From Negativicutes bacterium (GTDB taxonomy: Bacteria; Bacillota; Negativicutes; UBA1444): a stretch of DNA of 64,000 nucleotides. The notes under the pieces are model-generated. The model was not told the origin of the DNA and searched no databases. It was given only the letters and a program-made list of their open reading frames with translations. Position numbers and translations under genes: made by a program. Position 1 is the first letter of the stretch, and each line of letters begins with the position of its first letter. Shown here piece by piece: positions 53,351-63,157 of the stretch. The DNA lies in the NCBI GenBank assembly GCA_963665275.2, contig CAXXIN010000018.1:352001-416000 (forward strand). The letters run 5' to 3'.

Positions 53351-53375
53351 AACGATATCTGATCAGAAAAGTAAC
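53351..53375 (-). promoter_or_regulatory. candidate ECF promoter for the sigma/anti-sigma operon
   Basis: GTTAC-N16-CGTT on the minus strand. Confidence 0.65.
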
Positions 53376-53400
53376 GCTGCAAAATTGCTTATTGCCTCGC

Positions 53401-53425
53401 GTTACTTTTTTGCTGTGTCCACGTT
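53401..53425 (+). promoter_or_regulatory. candidate ECF promoter for the vWA gene
   Basis: GTTAC-N16-CGTT on the plus strand, same format as the divergent copy. Confidence 0.65.
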
Positions 53426-53487
53426 TGTCAAAATGAAAGACCTCCGGTGAAGGAAATCAGCCGGGGAACAGAAAGGAATGAACACAG

Positions 53488-55341
53488 ATGAAGAAAAACA
53501 TCGCGCTATTTCTACTACTGGTCCTGTCGATGGCGACGATCGCATTCGCCGGAAATTTTGAAAACAGTATAAAAACAATGCCTCTTGCGTCTGAAATCCG
53601 GGCAACCGGCATGCCTCTGAGAGAATTTCTTGATCGCCTTCACCAGGTGAGCGGAATTGAGTTGATCGCCGTCCCGGACGTTGCGGACCTGAAAGTGGAG
53701 CTGATAGTAACGACCGATCAGACCGTTGCCTCGGTTTTAGCGGCCTTGCAAGAAAAATACGGGTTGGTAAATAAGATTAATGAAGCGAAAACGGCAGTAA
53801 TCGTTATGCAGGGGCACTATGACTCAGTCAGGATGTATAGCGGAAAAACAATGCAGATGGCTTCGCCAATGGAAGCAAACCGCATGGCATCCGCACTGCC
53901 TGCGCCGAGCGGTATCCGGTCAGCCCAGTGGAACACTGAGGAATATAAAAGTTTGCACGACAATTCTTTTCAGGAGGTCCGCAGCGCACCAATGTCCACG
54001 TTTTCAATCGATGTGGATACCGCTTCCTACAGCAACCTGCGTCGTTTTCTCAATACCGGCAATTTGCCGCCAGCCGACGCGGTCAGGACAGAAGAACTGC
54101 TGAACTATTTCACCTATGATTATCCACAACCGGTAGGCGAACATCCGTTTTCGGTGACGACAGAAGTGGGCGATAGTCCTTGGAATGCAGGGCGTAAGTT
54201 GGTTTTGCTTGGGATTCAGGGGAAAAATGTTCAGACCGCGAATTTGCCGCCGAGCAACCTGGTTTTTCTGATCGACGTATCCGGCTCGATGTCGGCTCCG
54301 AACAAGCTGCCGCTCTTGAAGACCGCCTTCAAAATGCTGGTGCAGCAACTGCGTTCCCAGGACCAGGTGGCAATCGTGGTTTATGCCGGCGCGGCGGGAC
54401 TTGTACTTGAGCCAACCGCAGGCAATGAAAAAAGCAAGATCCTCGCCAAAATCGAAGGTCTGCAGGCCGGAGGCTCAACTGCCGGAGGCGAAGGCCTAAA
54501 ACTGGCTTATGAAATCGCCAAAGAAAAATTCGTTTCAGGTGGCAATAATCGGGTGATTCTGGCCACGGATGGGGATTTCAATGTGGGGCCCTCAAGTGAA
54601 GGTGAACTGACCCGGCTGATCGAAGAACGGCGCAATGATGGAATATTTCTCAGCGTGCTTGGTTTCGGCATGGGCAACATCAAGGACAATAAAATGGAAG
54701 CCTTGGCCGATCGCGGTAACGGCAACTATGCTTATATCGACAATGCGCTGGAAGCCAAGAAAGTGATGGTTTCCCAGATGGCAGGGACACTGTTCACCAT
54801 CGCCAAAGATGTGAAGATTCAAGTGGAATTCAACCCGGCTGCAGTGAAAGCCTATCGCCTCATCGGCTATGAAAACCGTGTGTTGGAAAACCGCGACTTC
54901 AATGATGATCGAAAAGATGCCGGCGACATGGGTGCGGGGCATTCTGTCACAGCTCTCTATGAGATTATTCCGACAGGTTCTCCAGAGATGGCCGCTTCGG
55001 TTGATCCGTTGGTATATCAGCAATCGCAGATTATACCAAGCGATGATTTGTTGCAGTTAAAAATCCGTTATAAAAACCCGTTGGAGAATACCAGCCAGCT
55101 CATGACCCAGCATATAGAAAGCAATAGTTCGATGAAATCAGTGCCTTCCGAGAATTTTCGATTTGCTGCCGCAGTGGCGGAATACGGAATGTTAGTGCGA
55201 AAATCCGAGTTTCAGGGTCAATCATCATATCAACAGACACTCGCATTGGCACGTGGCGCTAAAGGTACGGATGAAAATGGATACCGTGCGGAATTTATCA
55301 AATTAGTGGAACTCAGTCAACTATTGGAGACGAAAGAATAA
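53488..55341 (+). CDS. secreted YfbK-type von Willebrand factor A protein (vWF_A-VWA-DUF3520) with an extra N-terminal domain
   Basis: signal peptide ending AFA; STFSIDVDTASY, VR.EE.LNYF.Y, MIDAS DVSGSM, ATDGDFNVG, YRLIGYENR, GH.VTALYE. Confidence 0.9.
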   Translation: MKKNIALFLLLVLSMATIAFAGNFENSIKTMPLASEIRATGMPLREFLDRLHQVSGIELIAVPDVADLKVELIVTTDQTVASVLAALQEKYGLVNKINEAKTAVIVMQGHYDSVRMYSGKTMQMASPMEANRMASALPAPSGIRSAQWNTEEYKSLHDNSFQEVRSAPMSTFSIDVDTASYSNLRRFLNTGNLPPADAVRTEELLNYFTYDYPQPVGEHPFSVTTEVGDSPWNAGRKLVLLGIQGKNVQTANLPPSNLVFLIDVSGSMSAPNKLPLLKTAFKMLVQQLRSQDQVAIVVYAGAAGLVLEPTAGNEKSKILAKIEGLQAGGSTAGGEGLKLAYEIAKEKFVSGGNNRVILATDGDFNVGPSSEGELTRLIEERRNDGIFLSVLGFGMGNIKDNKMEALADRGNGNYAYIDNALEAKKVMVSQMAGTLFTIAKDVKIQVEFNPAAVKAYRLIGYENRVLENRDFNDDRKDAGDMGAGHSVTALYEIIPTGSPEMAASVDPLVYQQSQIIPSDDLLQLKIRYKNPLENTSQLMTQHIESNSSMKSVPSENFRFAAAVAEYGMLVRKSEFQGQSSYQQTLALARGAKGTDENGYRAEFIKLVELSQLLETKE

Positions 55342-55363
55342 TTGTAGCTGTGAAATGATTGTC

Positions 55364-55411
55364 AAAGCAGATAGCTCCGACGAAATATTTTTCGTCGGAG
55401 CTATCTGCTTT
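55364..55411. terminator. 22-bp perfect hairpin terminator
   Basis: AAAGCAGATAGCTCCGACGAAA-TATT-TTTCGTCGGAGCTATCTGCTTT. Confidence 0.8.
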
Positions 55412-55572
55412 AAGATGGAATTCTTTTGTCTAGTTCAATTATGAAAGGGGTATAAAATCTCGAACCGAAAATTTCTTTGAGAAGATTATAAAAAATAAAG
55501 GAATTAAACTTATATATTAGAATATTAGTTATAGGAAAATATTAATCTGATGCAAAAGGTGTTGGACGATTA

Positions 55573-56250
55573 ATGAATCGATTGCCGCAAGAATCAAGCA
55601 GAGAATATGTTTATAGAATGATCCGATCCAATATCATGGATTTGAAATATGCGCCAGGGAGCACAATCTCGGAAAATGAGATTGCCGGGAGCTTGAATAT
55701 CAGCAGAACTCCGATTCGTGAGGCAATAATAAGGTTGGTTCATGAAAAACTAATCGATGTTTTTCCGCAGCGAGGAACATACGTTTCCTTGATTGACATT
55801 CATCATGTGGATGAATCCAAATTTATCAGAGAGACGCTTGAACGGAGGGTTATGCAAATTGCCTGCATCGATTTTCGACAGGATGATTTGTTTCAACTAC
55901 AGAAATTTCTCATGATGCAGGAATTGTGTATACAAGAGAAAAGGTTTTTTCAATTTTACGAACATGACAGCAACTTGCATGGAGCAATATTTGCCGGATG
56001 CAACAAAGAAAAAACCTGGGAAATGATTCAGCAAATGAGTACCCATTATAACAGAGTACGATGCCTGGGTATTTCTCATGGATATGAATTGCCCGAATTG
56101 TTAGCTGAACACCGCGCCATGGTTAATGCGATCATTGCCCGTGATTCGGTGGCAGGAAAACATGCTGTTGATCGACACTTAAATAAAGTGAGGCTTGATT
56201 TGCCCAAAATGATGCGGGAGTTTCCCGAATACTTTACAAAGAATGACTGA
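55573..56250 (+). CDS. GntR (FCD) transcriptional regulator
   Basis: PG..ISE, ISRTPIREA, PQRGT; C-terminal H..EH..HL. Confidence 0.92.
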   Translation: MNRLPQESSREYVYRMIRSNIMDLKYAPGSTISENEIAGSLNISRTPIREAIIRLVHEKLIDVFPQRGTYVSLIDIHHVDESKFIRETLERRVMQIACIDFRQDDLFQLQKFLMMQELCIQEKRFFQFYEHDSNLHGAIFAGCNKEKTWEMIQQMSTHYNRVRCLGISHGYELPELLAEHRAMVNAIIARDSVAGKHAVDRHLNKVRLDLPKMMREFPEYFTKND

Positions 56251-56303
56251 CTATTACAATGTCCTGGACAGAATTTTGCGCTAAGGTGGAAATTGGAGGT
56301 AGT

Positions 56304-57296
56304 ATGCAAAGAAAATTGGACATTATATCCATTGGCGAAATTTTGATTGATTTTGTTGGAAAAGAACATTCTACGGCCTTGACGGAGGTGACTGAATTTC
56401 GGCGCGCAGCCGGCGGGGGACCGGCTAACGTAGCGGTCGGGGCCGCGCGTCTTGGAATGAAAGCCGGATTTATCGGTAAGGTTGGTTCGGATGCGTTTGG
56501 AAAACATCTGGCCCAGGTCCTCAATGATAATTGTGTGAATACTGAAGGGTTGATTATCGATCCTCTGGCAAACACGACCTTGGTATTTGTTTCGTTAAAT
56601 CAAAAAGGGATTCCCGATTTTTCCTTTTTTCGGAACGGGACAGCCGATACTTTACTGCGGATCGATGAATTGCCAGTAAAGCTTCTGCAAGAAATAAAAA
56701 TGCTTCATTTCAGCTCGGTATCTTTGACGACGGAACCCTCTCGCAGCGCCTGTTTAAAAGCAGTTGAGATAGCTCGGAACGCTGGTGCATTGATTTCATT
56801 TGATCCAAATCTTCGATTGCCGCTCTGGCCTGACGCAGAAACAGCTAAGGCAGCAATTCTGGGAGCGGTTGAATTGGCCGATGTGCTCAAGATGAATGAT
56901 GAAGAATACTTGTTTTTGACGGGCCAGCCTTTCGATGAAAACGCCAAGAGTGAAGGATTTTTTGAGAATGGTCGCTTAAAATTATTGGCAGTGACCCGGG
57001 GCGAAAAAGGTTCAATTCTTTTCAACAAGAACGATAAAATATGTTTTCAGGGATTGCCGGTTCATGTCGTGGATACGACGGGCGCTGGTGACGCATTTAT
57101 GGCTGGCATGTTGTCAGCCCTTTCAGAGCTTCCCGAGTCTGCTTTGATCGATCGTTCCTGTATGGAACAGATCGGTCAATGGGCAGGCGCGACCGCTGTA
57201 TTGGCTTGCCAACGTTCTGGAGGGATTCCGTCCTTGCCGGACCGGAAAGGAGTTGTTGAACTAATCAATTCCATGAAACCCAATTCTCAAAAGTAG
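56304..57296 (+). CDS. PfkB family carbohydrate kinase (fructokinase-like)
   Basis: GE.LID, GG.PANVA, FDPNLR..LW, VDTTGAGDAF. Confidence 0.92.
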   Translation: MQRKLDIISIGEILIDFVGKEHSTALTEVTEFRRAAGGGPANVAVGAARLGMKAGFIGKVGSDAFGKHLAQVLNDNCVNTEGLIIDPLANTTLVFVSLNQKGIPDFSFFRNGTADTLLRIDELPVKLLQEIKMLHFSSVSLTTEPSRSACLKAVEIARNAGALISFDPNLRLPLWPDAETAKAAILGAVELADVLKMNDEEYLFLTGQPFDENAKSEGFFENGRLKLLAVTRGEKGSILFNKNDKICFQGLPVHVVDTTGAGDAFMAGMLSALSELPESALIDRSCMEQIGQWAGATAVLACQRSGGIPSLPDRKGVVELINSMKPNSQK

Positions 57297-57320
57297 ACGA
57301 CAAACCAGGGAGGATTTACT

Positions 57321-58205
57321 ATGCCAAAACTTGCTGCATTTCCCAAGTGTTTTATGATTGAACTCTGTGAGACCAGAACGATGACGATCTTTGAATGGAT
57401 CGACCTTGCCTCTGAACTAGGCGTCGATGGTCTGGAACTGTATCCCGGATTTTTTCTGAATTATCAACGCCCTTACCTGAATAAGGTTAAAGCTGCGATG
57501 AACGCCAAGGGCCTTTTGGCTCCGATGTTCTGTGTTTCACCTGATTTTACCCATCCTGAGGCGTCCGTTCGCCATCAGGAAATCGAAAAATATCGGAAAA
57601 TCCTCGATGTAGTGTCGTTTTTCGGCGGTGAAACCTGCCGTATTTTGTCCGGTCAGGCTCACCCGAGCGTTAGCAGGCAACAAGGTGTGACATGGGTGCT
57701 GGAGTGTTTTCATGAAGTGCTTCATGATGCAGCGGCCCGCAAAATAACACTGGTAATGGAAAACCACTACAAAGATAATTTTTGGAACTATCCAGAGTTT
57801 GCCCAACCGCATGACATTTTTCTCGAAATCGTGGAGCAGGTCGATTCGCCGTGGTTTGGCGTTAATTATGATCCGTCCAATGCGTTTTTGGCTGGCGAAG
57901 ATCCGTTGGAATTGTTGGAAGCAGTCAAGGAACGCGTTGTTTGCATGCATGCCAGCGATCGATATTTGAAACCTGGTGTTACTTTGGCCGACATAAAAAA
58001 ACAGGATGGCGCCAAAGGTTACAGCGATTTGATGTCCCATGGCGTAATAGGCAAAGGGCTGAATAACTACGATGCGATATTCAGTTCTCTAAAAGCCGTT
58101 GGATTTGACGGATGGGTTTCCATTGAAGATGGGGTGAACGGCATGGGTGAATTGAAAGAGTCTGTTCAATTTTTGCGTAGTAAATTTGCTCAGTATTGGA
58201 GGTAA
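57321..58205 (+). CDS. xylose-isomerase-like TIM-barrel protein (sugar phosphate isomerase/epimerase, IolE family)
   Basis: ENH, D.SN, H.SD, SIE metal-ligand pattern. Confidence 0.8.
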   Translation: MPKLAAFPKCFMIELCETRTMTIFEWIDLASELGVDGLELYPGFFLNYQRPYLNKVKAAMNAKGLLAPMFCVSPDFTHPEASVRHQEIEKYRKILDVVSFFGGETCRILSGQAHPSVSRQQGVTWVLECFHEVLHDAAARKITLVMENHYKDNFWNYPEFAQPHDIFLEIVEQVDSPWFGVNYDPSNAFLAGEDPLELLEAVKERVVCMHASDRYLKPGVTLADIKKQDGAKGYSDLMSHGVIGKGLNNYDAIFSSLKAVGFDGWVSIEDGVNGMGELKESVQFLRSKFAQYWR

Positions 58206-58210
58206 GGATT

Positions 58211-58885
58211 ATGGAACCCATTGTACAGATTTCCCTGGACCTTGAGACCTTGCAGGAGGCGCTGGAAGTTGCCGAAGTAGCCGTTGCCTCAGGCGTGGAT
58301 TACCTGGAAGTTGGAACGCCGTTGATTCTGGGAGAAGGCCTGCATGCCATAGAGGCATTGCACAAGCTTTATCCCGACAAGGGTATCGTAGCTGACATCA
58401 AATGCATGGATGGCGGTTATCCGGAAACCGTAATGATGGCAAAGGCCGGTGCTACGCATGTAGTAGTGATGTCAGTTGCCCATGATGGAACGGTCAAGGG
58501 TGCGGTCAAGGCCGGCAAGGAGTTTGGCATTAAAGTAATGGCCGACATCATGTTGGTTGATGACAAAGTTGCTGAAGCAAAGCGTATGGAAGCTATGGGA
58601 GTCGACTATATCGTTTTGCATACCGGCTTTGATGAAAGACACGAAGAAGTCTGGAAAACACCAATGGCGGATATCGAGAAAGTCGCAAAAGCGGTGAAGA
58701 TACCAGTTCAGGCGGTTGGGGGGCTTTCTATCGAACAGGTCATCCAGGCCCCGAAGCTGGGAGCCCCATTAGTGGTTGTGGGAGCGCCGCTTGTTATCGA
58801 TGACGGTGGTTTTCATGGTGCGGCATCCCTTGAACAGCTGGGAAAAATTCTGCGGCGTGTGGTAAAGGAAGTGAAGGGATTATGA
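58211..58885 (+). CDS. 3-hexulose-6-phosphate synthase-like protein (HPS/KGPDC, OMPDC fold)
   Basis: Q.SLD, EVGTPLI, ADIKCMDGG, HTGFD, VGG. Confidence 0.85.
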   Translation: MEPIVQISLDLETLQEALEVAEVAVASGVDYLEVGTPLILGEGLHAIEALHKLYPDKGIVADIKCMDGGYPETVMMAKAGATHVVVMSVAHDGTVKGAVKAGKEFGIKVMADIMLVDDKVAEAKRMEAMGVDYIVLHTGFDERHEEVWKTPMADIEKVAKAVKIPVQAVGGLSIEQVIQAPKLGAPLVVVGAPLVIDDGGFHGAASLEQLGKILRRVVKEVKGL

Positions 58886-59925
58886 TGAAGGCTCTCGTAA
58901 AGTATGATGTGATTCCCAAAGCTGTAGAGCTGCGGGATGTACCTGAACCGACAATCGGCGCCGATGACGTGCTGCTGGAAGTTCGCTCAGTCGGTGTTTG
59001 CGGCAGCGATATTGAGATGTGGCACCATCAGGTTACTTTTCCGGTGAATGTCCCCGTTATTCTCGGACATGAGTTTTGCGGCGTCATCCACGCAGCGGGA
59101 TCGAACGTAAAGGATTATAAGGTTGGCGACAGGGTTGTCAGCGAAACCGCCGCCCATATTTGTGGAAAATGCCAGCATTGCCGTTCCGGCGAATATAATT
59201 TGTGCCCGACTCGAAAAGGTTACGGATCCGGCGTCAGTGGCGCATTTACCAAATATGTCGCTGTACCGCAACGTATTTTGCATCGAATTCCTGAGAGTGT
59301 CTCTTTTGATTTCGCTTCATTGACTGAACCAGCCTGTGTGGCCTATAATGCGACCTTCATTAAAAGTCGCGTGCGCCCGGGCGAACCAGTCGTAATCATC
59401 GGGCCGGGACCCATCGGATTGTTTGCGGTGCAAATGGCCCGAATCGGCGGCGCATATCCCATCGTCCTCGTTGGAACGGATGTGGATGAATCAAGAATGA
59501 AAACCGGAATGGAACTGGGAGCGCATATCACAATCAATGTATCAAAAGAAAATGCAGTGGACCGTGTGGCGGAATTGACGGATGGAATCGGGGTGCCGCT
59601 GGTTATTGATGCAGCTGGCAATAATGCGGCTTTCAAACTGGCAATGGAACTGGTTCGCCGTAATGGCCAAATCACGAAAATTGGCTGGGGTCCCAAACCG
59701 CTTGATCTGTCATTGGATCCGATCATTGCCAAAGCCGCAACATTGCAAGGTTCTTTCAGTCATACCTGGTCGACCTGGGAAGCGGTTCTTCATTTGATCG
59801 AAAGTGGAGATATTCGTATGGAGCCTATGATTACCCATGTTTTCCCATTGTCGGATTGGGAAGAGGCATTCCGGCTCGTTGACTCAAAAGTTGCTGTAAA
59901 AGCGGTAATTCACCCTGGCGAGTGA
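58882..59925 (+). CDS. Zn-dependent polyol/sugar dehydrogenase (MDR family)
   Basis: GVCGSD, GHE, CGKCQHC....NLC, EP, GPGPIG. Confidence 0.9.
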   Translation: MMKALVKYDVIPKAVELRDVPEPTIGADDVLLEVRSVGVCGSDIEMWHHQVTFPVNVPVILGHEFCGVIHAAGSNVKDYKVGDRVVSETAAHICGKCQHCRSGEYNLCPTRKGYGSGVSGAFTKYVAVPQRILHRIPESVSFDFASLTEPACVAYNATFIKSRVRPGEPVVIIGPGPIGLFAVQMARIGGAYPIVLVGTDVDESRMKTGMELGAHITINVSKENAVDRVAELTDGIGVPLVIDAAGNNAAFKLAMELVRRNGQITKIGWGPKPLDLSLDPIIAKAATLQGSFSHTWSTWEAVLHLIESGDIRMEPMITHVFPLSDWEEAFRLVDSKVAVKAVIHPGE

Positions 59926-60010
59926 AGGAATTTGGGGAGAGTTGGCGAAATCTATAAATTGAATGATCCAAATACTTAAAGGATTTGAATTATTAGGAGG
60001 AGGGGAACAA

Positions 60011-61342
60011 ATGAAAAAAATCTGGATGCTGCTGGTGATGGTTATCGCGCTAGCAATGGTCGCCGCAGGCTGTGGCGGGAAAGAAGCACCCAAACCGGCA
60101 GCCGATCCTGCCAAGCCGTTTGCTGGAAAAACCATTCGCTTTGTGGCTGCCAATCACAACTGGACAGAGGTAATCAAACCCATGATCCCGGAATTTGAGA
60201 AACAAACCGGCATTAAAGTCAATATGGAAAGCTATGAAGAACAACAATTGACGCCGAAACTTACTACTGAGTTTACATCCAATGCGTCAACCATTGATGT
60301 TTTCATGACCCGCCCGTTGCAAGAAGGCCGTCTGTTCAGCAAAAACAAATGGTATGAAACCCTCAGCCCTTATTTGGCTGACACCAAGAAAACTCCCGCC
60401 GACTGGGATTGGAAAGATTTCAAAAAATCTGCAGTAGACGCGGTGACCTTGGGAAATTCCGTATATGCCATTCCTATTGTAACAGAAGGCGAAATTCTCT
60501 ATTATCGTAAAGACCTGCTTGAAAAAGCCGGTGTGAAAGTTCCGACCACGCTCGACGAACTCGAAGCTGCGGCTAAAAAACTTAATGATCCGACTAATGG
60601 CGTTTACGGAATCGTGATGCGCGGTCAACGCAATCCTTCCGTAACTCAATTTTCCGGCGTTCTGTTCAGCTTTGGAGCCGATTTCATCAAAGATGGCAAG
60701 TGTGTTCTTGATACTCCGGAAGCGCTGAAAGCTTTCCAGTATTATGGACGTCTTCTCAAAAACTATGGACCTCCCGGCGTGACCAACATGAGCTGGCCGC
60801 AGGCGCAAGCTCTCTTCCAGAGTGGCAAGGTTGCCATGTGGGTTGATGCCAGTACTTTGGGCGGCCCGTTGCTCGACAAAGCAAAATCCTCTGTTTATGA
60901 CAAGGTTGGTTATGCGACCTTCCCGGCAGGACCTGCGGGAGCCAAGCCGTATGATGTAGTTCCCTGGGCCCTGGCACTTTCCGCCCAGTCGAAAAACAAG
61001 GATGTTGCTTGGGAATTCGCCAAATGGTTGACGTCGAAAGACATTATGAAGAAAGCGATTGCACAGCAACAAACAGTAGCCCGTAATTCGGCTTGGGCAG
61101 ACAAAGAGGCGACGAAAAACTGGCCGGCAGGATTCGCTGAAGTGTCGGCAAAAACCGGACAAATCGCCTTGCCGTATGATCGCCCATTGATGACTGCGGT
61201 TGTTGAAGCTAGAGATGCAATTGGTGATGTGATCGTTAAGTCTATTGAAACTGGCGGCACAGCTGATCTGGCCCCCATGCTCAAAGACGTGGTTGTCAAA
61301 GTTAATGCCATGCTCGCGAAAAATAACGAGGGCGGGAAATAA
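60011..61342 (+). CDS. carbohydrate ABC transporter substrate-binding lipoprotein
   Basis: lipobox VAAGC; FEK.TGIKV, YYRKDL, P.T.DEL, F.SGKVAM. Confidence 0.9.
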   Translation: MKKIWMLLVMVIALAMVAAGCGGKEAPKPAADPAKPFAGKTIRFVAANHNWTEVIKPMIPEFEKQTGIKVNMESYEEQQLTPKLTTEFTSNASTIDVFMTRPLQEGRLFSKNKWYETLSPYLADTKKTPADWDWKDFKKSAVDAVTLGNSVYAIPIVTEGEILYYRKDLLEKAGVKVPTTLDELEAAAKKLNDPTNGVYGIVMRGQRNPSVTQFSGVLFSFGADFIKDGKCVLDTPEALKAFQYYGRLLKNYGPPGVTNMSWPQAQALFQSGKVAMWVDASTLGGPLLDKAKSSVYDKVGYATFPAGPAGAKPYDVVPWALALSAQSKNKDVAWEFAKWLTSKDIMKKAIAQQQTVARNSAWADKEATKNWPAGFAEVSAKTGQIALPYDRPLMTAVVEARDAIGDVIVKSIETGGTADLAPMLKDVVVKVNAMLAKNNEGGK

Positions 61343-61379
61343 CTAACTGGTTGTTAATTCTAATCTAACGTTTTGGGTA

Positions 61380-61409
61380 TTAGGGCGCGTTCTTACGGAG
61401 GCGCCCTAA
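61380..61409 (+). other. intercistronic hairpin after the binding-protein gene (mRNA stabiliser or partial terminator)
   Basis: TTAGGGCGC..GCGCCCTAA inverted repeat. Confidence 0.5.
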
Positions 61410-61440
61410 CCCATATTTTATCTGATAGGGAGGTTCAGGA

Positions 61441-62313
61441 TTGAACCGTTTCATTGAACGCAATATCGTCTGGATTTTTCCGTTGCCGGCAACCATATTC
61501 ATACTGATCATGATGGCCTTTCCGGTATTGTATACGGTTTGGGTCAGCTTTACAGACTGGTCTGTTTCAAGCGGCGGAGATATCAATTTCATAGGTTTGA
61601 AAAACTATGTGGATTTGTTTCAGGAACCGCGATTTTATAATGCGGTCAAAATGACCTTCTACTTCACGACTCTTGCCGTAGGAGTGGAAACGGTTCTGGG
61701 AGTGGCAATCGCGCTGATTCTTAATCGGGAATTTTGGGGAAAAGGGATTGCGAAAACCATTTTATTACTGCCGATGGTTGCAACGCCTGTTGCGATCGGT
61801 CTGGCCTGGACCTTGTTTTATGAACCGACAATCGGTTTGGCGAATTACACACTGAAAGGCATGGGCTTGGAAGGCAGCAATTGGCTTGCCTCCAAAGACA
61901 TGGTAATTCCGGCGTTGGCAATTGTTGATATTTGGGAATGGACGCCGATGGTTGCACTCATCGTGCTTGCGGGTCTGGCGTCAATGCCGACCGAACCTTT
62001 CGAAGCGGCAAAAGTCGATGGTGCTACCACTATTCAAACCTTTCGGTATATTACGCTGCCATTACTGTATCCGACAATTCTAATTGCGATCGTCCTGCGA
62101 AGTATTGATGCCTTTAAAACCTTCGACATCATTTATACGATGACTGCAGGAGGGCCGGGATTTGCATCGGAAACACTGAATATATACGCGTATACTCTGG
62201 GATTTGGTTATTTCAAATTCGGAATGGCCTCCTCGGCACTGGCCGCCTTGCTGGCGATCGTACTGGGGTTCAGCATTCTGACACTTTGGGTAAGAAAGAT
62301 GTGGGAAGCATAA
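61441..62313 (+). CDS. carbohydrate ABC transporter permease (MalF-like)
   Basis: FIGL.NY, DIWEWTP, EAA.VDGA loop. Confidence 0.93.
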   Translation: MNRFIERNIVWIFPLPATIFILIMMAFPVLYTVWVSFTDWSVSSGGDINFIGLKNYVDLFQEPRFYNAVKMTFYFTTLAVGVETVLGVAIALILNREFWGKGIAKTILLLPMVATPVAIGLAWTLFYEPTIGLANYTLKGMGLEGSNWLASKDMVIPALAIVDIWEWTPMVALIVLAGLASMPTEPFEAAKVDGATTIQTFRYITLPLLYPTILIAIVLRSIDAFKTFDIIYTMTAGGPGFASETLNIYAYTLGFGYFKFGMASSALAALLAIVLGFSILTLWVRKMWEA

Positions 62314-63134
62314 TGGACGATAAGCAAGGATTGAAGTCGAAAGTTCTCTGGTATCTGATGGTGTTGTTTTTTATTCTGCCATTCCTGTTTCCGCTGGTTT
62401 GGGTGCTGATGGCTTCTTTCAAGACGCAGGCCCAAATTGTTGCAATGCCACCTGTTTGGTTTTTTACGCCAACGCTGGAGAATTATCAAAAAGTATTTAT
62501 TGAACAGGATTTTGGCCGCTTCCTTCTCAACAGCTCGATTATTGCCGTCGGGTCAACCGTTTTATCGCTGGTCATCGGGCTGCCTGCCGCTTATACCATT
62601 TCTCGCTATAAACAACGAACTCTGGGAATTTTTATTTTGCTGGCCAGATTAATGCCCGGCATATCCTATCTGATTCCCTGGTTTATTTTATTCTCGAAAT
62701 TGCGCCTTGTTGACACCTATACGTCACTAATTGCCAGTCACATGCTGGTGGGGATGCCGCTGATCATTTGGATCATGATTAACTATTTTGATGCATTGCC
62801 CAGGGAACTTGAAGAAGCAGCGCAAGTTGATGGTTGTACCTTGCAAGGAGCCTTCTTCCGGGTCGTTTTACCGCTTTCGGGGCCGGGTATTTTGACCGCA
62901 TCGACACTGGCCTTTCTGTTTTCCTGGAACAATTTTATGTTTGCATTGGTATTGAGCGCGGAACATACCAAAACTCTACCAATCGCCATTTACAGCTTTG
63001 TTTCTTATGCAGAGGTCAGTTGGGGCAGTGTAATGGCTGCCGCAGTGGTGATCATTGCTCCGGCCATTGTGTTGACCATGGTTTTCCAGCGCTATGTCAT
63101 CAAAGGTCTTACAATGGGCGCAGTTAAAGGATAA
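62313..63134 (+). CDS. carbohydrate ABC transporter permease (MalG-like)
   Basis: PTLENY, EEAA.VDG, SWNNF, GL..GAVKG. Confidence 0.93.
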   Translation: MDDKQGLKSKVLWYLMVLFFILPFLFPLVWVLMASFKTQAQIVAMPPVWFFTPTLENYQKVFIEQDFGRFLLNSSIIAVGSTVLSLVIGLPAAYTISRYKQRTLGIFILLARLMPGISYLIPWFILFSKLRLVDTYTSLIASHMLVGMPLIIWIMINYFDALPRELEEAAQVDGCTLQGAFFRVVLPLSGPGILTASTLAFLFSWNNFMFALVLSAEHTKTLPIAIYSFVSYAEVSWGSVMAAAVVIIAPAIVLTMVFQRYVIKGLTMGAVKG

Positions 63135-63157
63135 TTTACGAAAAGCGGGGTAGCAGT

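Noticed and set aside
55364-55411. Long perfect inverted repeat as a MITE or REP element
   Set aside because: Single copy in the window, located just after a stop codon; a terminator is the simpler explanation
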